From Trypanosoma brucei (taxonomy: Eukaryota): 64,000 nucleotides of DNA. How positions within the stretch are numbered: the first letter of the stretch is position 1; each line of letters opens with the position of its first letter. Positions 18,623 to 29,300 of this stretch are shown piece by piece. The position numbers and the translations under genes were made by a program. The notes under the pieces are model-generated. The model worked only from the letters and a program-made list of their open reading frames with translations. It did not search any database and was not told the DNA's origin. The stretch spans positions 512,001-576,000 of the forward strand of contig CP000067.1 of assembly GCA_000002445.1 (NCBI GenBank), given 5' to 3'.

Positions 18623-20616
18623 CGCAAAAAGTATGCGGCACTTTATCAGAAAAAAAAATGTTTATTTTAGCGGAGATCTCAGTACACCCCGCACCTGGTT
18701 CCGGTTGTGCTCTGCCCTATTTTAATTTACTATGGCCCTTTTTCTCTTATTGTCACCCTCTAAATCATACAACTTGCCTGGCCGTTCTCACTCCCAACGC
18801 CTTATTTTCACCCTTACAGGAGCCTCCTCCGCCTCGACTTTTCCTTTCTCCCTTGTGTCCTTCCCGCAACTCTTCCGGCAACCTAATGTTTTGGCTACCT
18901 GTGGACAAGAGTTCTCGAATGCCGAGTATATTTGACACACAAACTACAATCTCCAATGGTTATGCGTAAATATTGTCACAGTATACCTTAGCTCTTAAAA
19001 TAAAAATCAAAGAAGATGGCAAGCGAACGTGAAGCGTTAAACAGCAACGTGATGCATCCATACCGAATATGCCAAGTTTTGTGCCAACAGCGCGGGTGAT
19101 CCCACCACTGCAACTGACTCCACGGTCAAGGGTGGTGCAAATAAATCAGCTCAAAAGCCAACAAAGGGGTCAGTGAGGGTAAAGACAAGATATCTTTTCG
19201 TCCCAACACAAAATTAGACGTTAAATACCGGCCTCTTGGCAGTCATTTACAGGAAATAACGACTGTTAAGCAGTAATGACACAGTGCAGTCCATATTTTC
19301 AGTCCCAAGAAATAATCACATAACTCATTTGAGCACGCGCCCCCGTAACACCTAATTTTAAGTGAGCAGACCATCCATAACTAGTTAGTAGTAGCGCCCA
19401 TATTATCCAATGGTAGTCGAGACAGGGTTGGAGGAGGGCGTCGCAAGACGAGGGAAAGCAGTTTAAAAAACGACATGCCATCCATGGTGACGAAGCAATC
19501 CCTCAACCCATCAAGCAATACCATGGAGAGCAAGAACAAAAGAAATTTTTAGCAGCGGACGAGCCAATAATTTGAGGCTTCGCCTCGTGGCGACAAGTGC
19601 CCAAACTGTACATAAAGCACGTGTCCATCATATCTTATTTAAGGAAACGGCAACACAAACCGCAAACAAAACAAAAGTAAAAACACAGAATATAAATGTA
19701 CACGAGTTCCCCCCCCCCCGCTCCCCGGTAGAGTCCGTCGCTTGATTGGAATTCCCGGGTAGTGACGGTTGGGATCCCCAACAAAAGCAGCACACGACTC
19801 TCTCATTCGCACTATCTCAACACCGTGCCTGCACCATGGAGCATTATGTCCAAATACTCCACCGTGGCACTAACGCGTCCCGCCACTCATATAAAAACAA
19901 ATGCAGCTGTGATACGCAGCGGTGACGATTCTCAACAGCACAGATGATGTATCGAGCCGCCGCGTTGTGCTTGAGTGATATTCCACAAGAGCTGTCCGCC
20001 CGCACGGATAATGTGGTACAAACGAACAAAAGAGGTAATGTACCTTGCATCTGAAAGAAGATATGGGGGATCACATGTCATCTACACCTTTTTCTTATAC
20101 AAAACAGAATAGAGTGGAAGAGTACAAAACCAATGGAAAACAATGAAAAATTATCCATCTTTGCACATGGAAATAATAATTCTCAGTCGATTTGGATCGA
20201 GGTCCCCATACGTAGGGAAAGCATTGCTGGAAAGTAGTGGAGTTGTCTGGTGAGCCACGACATACATATCGTCAGTTAAACTGAATTTCGAGTAGCACCA
20301 ATGCCATACTACCGATCTAGGAATTAATGTCCTGTTGCAAAATAAAAATAAAAAAGATGCACAAATAAACCTTCTTCTCTCCCTCCCATATATTAAAAGA
20401 TGGCATAGAAAGATAAATTCGCTCTCCTTTTCGTTCGGTTCGAAGAACTAAGAGATCAAATGATAATTTGAACAAGAACATAAGTAGTCCTAACTCTAAA
20501 CAATAAACAAATATATATATGTACCACAACCCCTCAAATTCTCTACTTTAAGAACGCATTATATATTAAAGGGTGGGAGCAAAAACTAAGGGGGGTTATC
20601 CCTGATTTTCCTTTCT

Positions 20617-23337
20617 CTAATGGGTATTCATAGCCATTAGAACATCAACGCAGTGGAGACTCTCTGGGCTGTTCATTTCCACCCTTTTTTGTAATTCTTT
20701 AAAGCGAATGTTATCTTCTTCTATTTGCGCCAAGGTTGGCGTGGATAGCATACCGAAGTCATCACTTTGTAAGGTGACCTCCACCTCCGCCGCCCGCCTT
20801 GCATCCCGTGTTCCTGGATTTTGAGCAACAATCGCGACGCGTTGACGAGGTACACCGCGGTGAAGGGTAGCCATGGTAAAAGCCGCGTCACCGACATGGT
20901 GCTCTCGTGAATTCCCCTTGGATTTGTAAAAAACGTGGAGTGTAATAACGTCTTCGTCAGGTTGAGCAAGATAAAAGTAAAAAGTCTCATTAAATCTTAT
21001 AGCAGAGCTTAATTCCTTGACAGAGGTTTTGTACTTTTCCTTCACGGATTTTACCTTTATAACGACGTATCCAGGCTCAATAATCGGACGTCCGTTCTTC
21101 ATTAAGTCCCTTAACTCAACAATCGTAACTGCGAGGTGGGCTCCGGCTGCAACGGCGTTCTTTTTTTTATCGGCTAGATGGGGAGACGCCGGCGGGTAGG
21201 CGAGTTGCTCCATAGATCGTCTCCGGGCACTGCGCCTGGTGCTTCTAGAATTTCTTCTTGATTGGTGGCGTTGACCCTCCTGTCGCTCATCTTTAATAGA
21301 AACAAGTTGCTTCCACAGTCCATCATTTGCCTCTCTCAAAGCGAACAGCTGATCATTTAATTCTTGAAGCTTCTTATCCCTCTTTTCTGCGACCTCGGAC
21401 TGCTCCTTTTGTGCGAGGGCCTCTTCAAGTCTTCTCATTCTACTCTCAATCCCACTCCCCCTCATTGGTTCACCTTGAACAATGCCCAGACCGTCATTGG
21501 TCAGATGCCTCTTTAAAACGCTTAAAGATTCCTGAAGCTCATGTATTCTATTCTCCTTACTTTTGTTAGCATGCCGCAAGTCAACGATCTCATTACTAAG
21601 GCGATTCTTCTCTGACTGAAGAAGCTGCAAGCTATTTTGTCGCTGTTCCGTCTCTTTGTAAAAGTCTTGCAGTGACATACGCCTCATTTTCCTTTTCGCT
21701 TCATCTTCCTCCGACCATGCTGTCTCCAGGGATCGCATAAAATCCTCAGTCGAGTCCAACTTATCTTTCAAAAACTTATCAATGACAGTTGCTTCAGAAA
21801 CTCCTCTCGTTCGGGGCCTCTGCTCATTTTCCCCATTTCCCAAATCATTGCTATCATGGGCCAACTCCCCCGCGGAATTATTCCTAGAGTTACGTAAAAG
21901 CAGACGCTGCTGAAGGGATTCGTTCTGCAAAAGTAGTTTGGCTATTTCCGCCTGATACTCACTCCTACTGGATTCACTCGCAGCCAGTTGCTCCTCATTC
22001 GCAGCTTTCAGAGAGGAAATTTGCCTTGTATACTCGAGCAATGAATCACGGAGTTGCTCATTCTCATCTAGAACCGCCTTCATTTCATGTACATCGTAGC
22101 ACCTGGAGTCTTTTTCTCTGTTGATATTGTATCCTTTCTGCAAGGAAAGCTCCTTCTCTGTGGAAACAAGGGCAATTTCTAGCTCCTTCACACGCACCTC
22201 AAGATCGTTGTATTCCTCTTCGGCACGCGAGTTCCGAAGGTGAAGGTGTTCGATTTCCTTATGGAGCTCTTCATTTTCCCTCATAAGTAATTCATTCTTT
22301 CTGCTAATGTTACCATTGAGCACTTCGAGTGATTGGATCCGGCTCTCCCTTGAGGCATCACTATCATCAATTTCGCTCACTTTGTCGTCAACATCATCCA
22401 CTGAGGGGTCGCCCAGGCGCAACTTATTCTTCATGCGGCCTGGTTTCCTCTCTTCCCGGAAGACGGTGACTTCGTGCTTGAAGGAATCCAACTGATGTTG
22501 TATTGCCCGGTAAACATCGCCCCCAGTTCCAATATTATTGCCTTGAAGTGTGCTTATCTCGACCCGTAACGCGGCCTCCATTTCCCGCCACTCACGCTCC
22601 TTCGCACGATAACGTTCCTCAGCAAGCTGTAGTTTCTCCTCGAGCTCGGCAATATCTTCCTTAAGAAGGGCCTGCTGAAGATGTTGATTGCTTCCACGGG
22701 TCTTCACGTCCCAGTTCTCTCTCTGTTGGGCAGTGCCATCGAATCGCTTTACGGACGCAAGCAGCTCTTCATAATCTTGAAGGTTTCGGGATCTTTCGTT
22801 TTCCCAAGTCTCTTTTGCAAGAAGCCATTGATGCTGCACTTCATGAAGTTGTTCCTCCAGCTCTGCGTTTCTTTTCTTTAGTAGTGACACTTGCAGGTCA
22901 TTTTTTTCCTGTTGTTCATTTATATTTTTACATCTTTGGTCAAGGTGGCTTTCACGCTGTTGAGCCTTATTAAGTAACCCCCGAAGCTCATGAACTTCCG
23001 AACGCAGAGAACTGTTTTCTTCAATTAGTTTAACTGCTTCGGCTCTAAATGAAGTTCCTGATGTATCAGCAGTTTCCCCAGATTTCAACTTCATGAGTAA
23101 AGCGTTATTTTCTTCCTCAAGGACCCTCGCATTTCTGTTCGCAAGAATCAGCTTTCCTTCAACATCGCTCAGTTCCTTTAGCTGTTGTCGTAAGTCCCTG
23201 AGGCGAACCTCTTGCTCATACTCGTTGAGCTCCTTGGCGGCAAGTTGTTCCTTCAGACTGGCACAAAGATCACTGAGCTCATCTATTGATTGTCTGTCAT
23301 CAAAGATAGGCTGCTGACCAAAATCAACCTGCTGCAT
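20617..23337 (-). CDS. CC2D: Coiled-coil and C2-domain protein (906 aa); flagellum attachment zone (FAZ) filament protein CC2D
   Basis: The N-terminal ~650 aa is coiled coil. The C-terminus has a C2-domain-like β-sandwich (…HLAVTIVELRDLMKNGRPIIEPGYVVIKVKSVKEKYKTSVKELSSAIRFNETFYFYLAQPDEDVITLHVFYKSKGNSREHHVGDAAFTMATLHRG…). This architecture and the ALBA3/4-adjacent position match T. brucei CC2D as I recall it. Confidence 0.75.
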   Translation of the reverse strand: MQQVDFGQQPIFDDRQSIDELSDLCASLKEQLAAKELNEYEQEVRLRDLRQQLKELSDVEGKLILANRNARVLEEENNALLMKLKSGETADTSGTSFRAEAVKLIEENSSLRSEVHELRGLLNKAQQRESHLDQRCKNINEQQEKNDLQVSLLKKRNAELEEQLHEVQHQWLLAKETWENERSRNLQDYEELLASVKRFDGTAQQRENWDVKTRGSNQHLQQALLKEDIAELEEKLQLAEERYRAKEREWREMEAALRVEISTLQGNNIGTGGDVYRAIQHQLDSFKHEVTVFREERKPGRMKNKLRLGDPSVDDVDDKVSEIDDSDASRESRIQSLEVLNGNISRKNELLMRENEELHKEIEHLHLRNSRAEEEYNDLEVRVKELEIALVSTEKELSLQKGYNINREKDSRCYDVHEMKAVLDENEQLRDSLLEYTRQISSLKAANEEQLAASESSRSEYQAEIAKLLLQNESLQQRLLLRNSRNNSAGELAHDSNDLGNGENEQRPRTRGVSEATVIDKFLKDKLDSTEDFMRSLETAWSEEDEAKRKMRRMSLQDFYKETEQRQNSLQLLQSEKNRLSNEIVDLRHANKSKENRIHELQESLSVLKRHLTNDGLGIVQGEPMRGSGIESRMRRLEEALAQKEQSEVAEKRDKKLQELNDQLFALREANDGLWKQLVSIKDERQEGQRHQSRRNSRSTRRSARRRSMEQLAYPPASPHLADKKKNAVAAGAHLAVTIVELRDLMKNGRPIIEPGYVVIKVKSVKEKYKTSVKELSSAIRFNETFYFYLAQPDEDVITLHVFYKSKGNSREHHVGDAAFTMATLHRGVPRQRVAIVAQNPGTRDARRAAEVEVTLQSDDFGMLSTPTLAQIEEDNIRFKELQKRVEMNSPESLHCVDVLMAMNTH

Positions 23338-26300
23338 TGTTAACCTTCTTGAATACTTCCTAATGTATTATTATTAACCTTCCGAAGACACAACAAAAAA
23401 ACAGGGCAATTTTTTTTAAAAAGGGACTCTTTTTTCGCTCAACACTCCTGAATATAACTTTTTCAATATTTGATAAACAAAGGCTTTATCCTTTTTCAAA
23501 TTAAAACGAATACACATAAATACCACACGCCTACATATGTTAAGACATAAATGAACAGCAGCGGATATGCTTGGGTAAAACGATAAAGACTTTTTACTAC
23601 TATACAAAAATGAGCAAGCTCATCAAACAAGTCATACCCGAACGCCGATGAGCATTTCTCGGCTGTCAAACCGGTTACAAAAATAAGTTGAGAAGGTATT
23701 TAAAAATGAAATAAGCAAAATTTTGGCAGGTAGGACACAAAAATATAAGAGAAAATGCCTCCACACGTACGCGTGCATGCATCCACATCCGCGGCAAATA
23801 ATAAAAAGAACAACGGGGGAAAAAGGTAGCAACACCCATCTATAACTAATAAACACCAAACAAATACTCTTAAATAGCAAATATTGTAACATCAAACGAA
23901 GCGATTACTCAATAAGCAACAATGCTTAAACAAATTCGCCAAATAGGTAAGTGCATTTATACTAATGTGACACTACAAAAAGCAAAAAAAAATGTACCAA
24001 GTTATGCCAAACACCTCTCAATGCGCTAAAAGCACCAAATTCCCACAAAGCAAGGAAACAGAGATGATAATAACAAATGCTACATTCAGTACTGTTTTTC
24101 GTATCCGCCAGCACAAGAAAGGCTTCACTGACAAAAATAATATACAACCACGGTAAATAAAGCAAAGGCTATATGTACAGAAGAACATCCACATCTTAGT
24201 ATTTTCATGTGAAAAAAAATGCTTGCAACAGCCTAAAACAATCAGGGACGCCACGGCCCATAGTGATCATCAAAACATTCCTTAGTACCTAGACAACAGT
24301 CAAAGGTTCAAAACAAAGCCAACACGGCCACAGCATCAAATGGAACATGAATGGGTTTAAATGAATTAAACAGTAACAAAAATAAGAAGGTATATCTCCC
24401 CATATCCTAACCAAAAAAAAAGAAGTGTAAAAAAGAAAAAGTGATCACAAAGTTGATATGCAATAACCGTATGTTTCTCTACCCTAACAAACTCGAGGTA
24501 AAACTACGGCACAGTTCGTCCGCACATCCAACGAACAAAAGAAGTACAAAATAAGACCCCACATACCTCCGTAGCTCCCGATACCTAATACAAGAAATGC
24601 GTCAGAGTTTTTCTCCATTTGCTGTGTAAAACGAAAACAGAAAAAACCCCGTAACAGCACCCAGATCTCATGCTTAGCGGCTATACAAAAGAGACAGCGA
24701 CAAGAAATACACCAACCCAAGCAACCTTACAGCTACCCTTCACCGCCAAGTGTCAGAATCCTTACGCACATCCCCCCAAGTAGCCCCTATGCCACGATCG
24801 CCCACTGGGAACCCCCAGTGGGATTGGCAGCGGCGCATACAAATCCCACCGCCCCCTTCCCGACGTCAGTCTAAATATAGCAAGAGTTGCGTCGAAAAAC
24901 AAACCAATGAGTTAAGGGATACCGACGCGGACTTTCCATCTCTTTCTCCTCCGGGCTCCTTTATACGCGGCCGGAAGCCACCCACTCTCCCCCCCCTCAC
25001 ATAAGCCTAAAGAAACTCAGCGTACACAACTGTCAATGCCGCCACCGCTCAAGCAATGCAGCACGCAGGCACAGACAGCACCACCTTCGCCACGCCAGAG
25101 AGCCAACAGACGCAGACCGCTGTCCCGGCGCACCTCTTCTGCTCCAGCGTTGCGTTGCGCCCTCAGAGGGAGGCGACAACATCCCGCTATGGGGAAGACA
25201 CCACACACATACAGAGCGACCACACCGGCAATGCGAGACGGCAGAACACGGTGGCACGTTGAGCCAGACACTATTACCACGAGTCGATGAGAGCCGACAG
25301 AATCAACAAACAAACGTCACCGCCGAACGCCACGGGGCGCCGCTCACGACCGCTGCCCAGCAGCTTGCGGAAAGACCATCAACGGCTACGTAAAGTAAAT
25401 CGAAACTAAAACCCTAGCCGAACGACCCTGGCGGCCGCCGTCCCAGAGAAGTGTGCGGCCCCATCACCTCGCGATCAGTGACAGGACAGGCCACGCGCCC
25501 ATGCACGGCACAGCAAAAAAAAAGCCAAATGTTCTATTGCGAGGGAAACCCAACATTGGAAAACTTGGCGTTCCAGATGTCTTAACCGCGACACGGCAAC
25601 GACAGGGACCCGGAAGCAGAGGCTCAACTCACGACCCTCCTGTGCAGCACCGACAAAGACGCACGGTCTCATCGCAACGGAAAACCCCGCAACAGCATAG
25701 GAGGTCGCCGCTCGTCACCAACCTAACGGAGGACGGCCCCAACACAGCGCGGTCCGTACTACCCAACCAGTGACTCCATTATGGCAGCGAGCCGCTCCCT
25801 TGGTTCTCGGTTACGAGGGGAAAACTCTCAGTTCTGGAGCACAAAGCCTCAGCAGAGAGTAACCCGGCCCAACGACGGCACTCCAGCCCCACAAGGAAGC
25901 AGCTGGCTGTCGTGGGTTGCGTGGATGTCCCTTTATGTCTCTTACCGTATAGGGTCTCACAAACACGTTCACAAGGGGGCGAAGGCATCTCCCTTGCATT
26001 TACTCCTCAGCATTCGCTCTGTCACAAAATGTAGTTTCACTTAGAAACCTGCTATGAGACCCGGGCCATCACTTCGGAATGTTTTTTTTGGGGGTGTGGA
26101 GAGCATTGTAGACTACGTTTACCGTGTTCTGCGGTTGGGTTTGGCGAAGCGGCTTCGAAAGAAGCTTTACCGCTGGGTAACAACAAGCAAAAAATAGCTT
26201 ACTGGCCGAAAGGTGGGCTAAGAAAGGTTCTTTCCGGGCCTTGCGCTAAAACAGTTATCTTCACTTGTGGCAAAAGATTTACGCAGCGCTTTTTACTGTA

Positions 26301-29300
26301 GAGGTTGAAAAAGCTTTGCAAACGGCACTGGATGGTATGGGTGTGATATTTCAAGTGCGGCAAAAGTTTGAGAGCGCCGAACAACGGTGGCAGTTTGTCC
26401 CCATTTTTTTTTCCACTTGAGGTGGCAGAGCACCAATAAAAAAAAGTTGTTGTTCCGTTCGGCCCTAGAAATATTTTAGCCTGCTAAAAAAGCACGCTGC
26501 GGAGCCACCAAAAATAAAAAATAAAAGACTGTCAGCATAAACATTTTATTTCTGTTCTACCTTTCAAAACACCAGAAAAAAGTTACTATCCCGGAGTCAG
26601 TGGTTCTCAATTTGCAGCGGACACCGTGCGACACCATTTTAAGGGCGGCGCATTGAAAAATTTCCGATATCCTCTCTCTGTTGCAGTCACCGCATTCCTC
26701 CTCATACAAACTAAAAACCAACGTTTACACGACTAACTGTTCAACAACCCTGGTGGGGCCAAACATCTCGCGGGATTTCAGTGTGCGCTAACTTGCTCAG
26801 GAAACAGAAGCAATTACTATAATTCCGAAGATTTTTGGAAAGCCAAACTTTGAGCTACCCTTCCCCCGAGTGGCACTGTCACTGCACTACCATCTCAAGG
26901 GTTGTGGGAGACAACTGTGGAAACATATGGCAACCGACGAGCCGGCGAAAGCCCCAGCAGCTTAGCAGTGACGCCATCCCCTTTATTACCTTTCTCAAGG
27001 GATTTGCTAGAGTGAACTGCAACAGGGTTTCGCGATAAATTCGAAAACTTTCCGTAGAAATGTCGCTCATCCCCCACCCACCTTCCGCTGTCAGAGGACA
27101 ATCGAGGGAAGCCCGTTCAGGAAAATCGCTCTCCCGCACAAAAAAAATTTAATTGAGGATAGGCACATCGTGCGACATCACCCGACCCTCCACTGTTAAT
27201 AACCATAGTGAACTTCCTTTTTAACAAGTGTCACAAGACGCAGGTTCCAACCCCCAATGTAGTTTCTTCGCAAGAGACCTAACGATTGGTAGGAGGTACA
27301 AAGATTGCCCAGCAAGGGGACAGAACGCCGCGGCTGCGCCGGAGACCCGCCATTATTTCAAAAGGGTCACCGCCAAGAAAGCAAGACATGGGGTGTTTTT
27401 TGGGGTGCTTGAAGAGCCACTTCACACTAGCACTCGGTGGCTCCCAACACGGGCAAAAGGAGAAATCCGGAAGTATTAGGAAACCACCCTTCTTCTACTG
27501 CAAAAGAATTCTCTAAGCACACAAAAAGTGTGCGAAAGGCTAAATATCCCCCCCTTCCATAACCGATGGCCACTTTCTCCACGTAATGGCGGCGAAATCA
27601 AGAGATTTTCCGGACGTCCTAACTTACCCTTGCTCGCAGCAAACACCTACAAACGACGGTCTGGCGTCATGAGACAGCGTCACAGCAGCAGAAAGTACTT
27701 CAGACGTCTCAGAGAAAGGCATGACAGGTAGTTTACGGAGTAATTAGGGACCGCCACGCACGCGCCGCCCCTCCGGGGACGACCTACCTTTCCTCTGCGA
27801 ATCGGTGATGGCCCTTGGCTCGTAGCAGATCCCTGCCTTTGGCGGTTGTAGCAGGCAATGCAAAAAAAAAAAAGAAAACGCCGGTACAGTCCACCGTGCA
27901 TCTGGCCCCGGAAGCACCTTTTTCCCCAGAGCCGTGCTGAACCATCCCTCCCCCAGGGAAGGACTCCCCACGCTCCCAACAGTCCTCTTTGACGGTGTTT
28001 CTGTTTCACGTTATTTTTTCACTTGTCGCAGATCTCGGTCAAGGAGGGGAAATGATGAGGAAGATTTAAGGGAAGTGGAAATCAAAACGCTCCTTCACCC
28101 TACTTTGTGAAAGTTTGCTTGTTCAGGGGTGTGATGTAAGGCTAATGTGTTCTATCCTGCAAGGGTGCATGTGTCACTGACACTAGTGGTGGACATGAGT
28201 CTGTGTGGTGTCAGTGGTTGCCGCCAGGTGAACTCACACCCAGGGGGAGGGTAAACGTTCCACATTGCCACCGTAGGTGCCTCGGCTACGCTGTTAAATG
28301 GCCACTGCGTCCTGCTGTGTTTGGGTACCCCCTCTTCTTCAAGGGTTGTCCGTTTGCTTTGCTCAGGAGGTGGTGCCGTATGGAAAAGGGGGAATTCCGT
28401 GAGTGAAAACTCATAAAACGAGCACTCCACACCGTGTTTTTCGGAGGCTGATATATCGGCTGGAAAGTCTCACCTTTTCAGCCTTCCCGAAACCGGTCTG
28501 ACTCGCTCGATGTTACTGCCACACCCCTCGTTTGTTGGCCGCTTCTTTCAGTGCCGCTCAAAGGAAATGGCCGGGGATCGGTTATGGGAAGACAGGAACA
28601 ATCGGTTCATAACGATTTTTGTCAGTGAGTGGGGTGGGGTGACGGCTCTTTCCACCTCCACGGCTGTCATTTGGTGTCTGCACTCAATTTATGGACTCAG
28701 GGCTTTGTGCCGATGTTACCCCTTTAGGACTGCGAACAAAACGCGTGTTAACACGAATATTTGTTTCATCCTACAGGTTTATAAGTGCTTCGCCATCTCT
28801 GCGCGCTGCCTCTATGTTTCTCCCTTTTGGATGTGTTGCTTTTCGGCCCCTGACTGCCAGCCAGTCGGGCCCCTTTGTGGTGTTGATTTCGTTGTCACGT
28901 GCACGGCAGAAGTGCCTCGGCTGGGCAGACGTTCGTGGGCTTTGATCGCTTTGTTTTTGGGCGTGTACGTCCTCGTAGTCCGGGGTCTCTTCTGCAGTTG
29001 GGGGGGGGGGACCTCCAGTATTTGACTTGGTGATAGCAGCTGGTTTGTGGGTGGAGCAGTGTTTGCCCGTTTAGTTGGGGTACTCGTAGTGTGAAAAGGG
29101 TCACTCCGTCTCTGAGCTCCTCCGATCGGCACCGCGCCGCATATGCTACGGAGGACTCGCCGTCACTATTGAGTTGGGAAGCTCCGCACGGCATTGCGAT
29201 TTTTGCCGCTTCGTAGCCGAGTCTAAGCGTCGATGAAATGAGGCCCTGGGAGGTGGGTCCAGTTTGGTTGGACCACTTCTTCTTCATTTTGGTCCTCACA

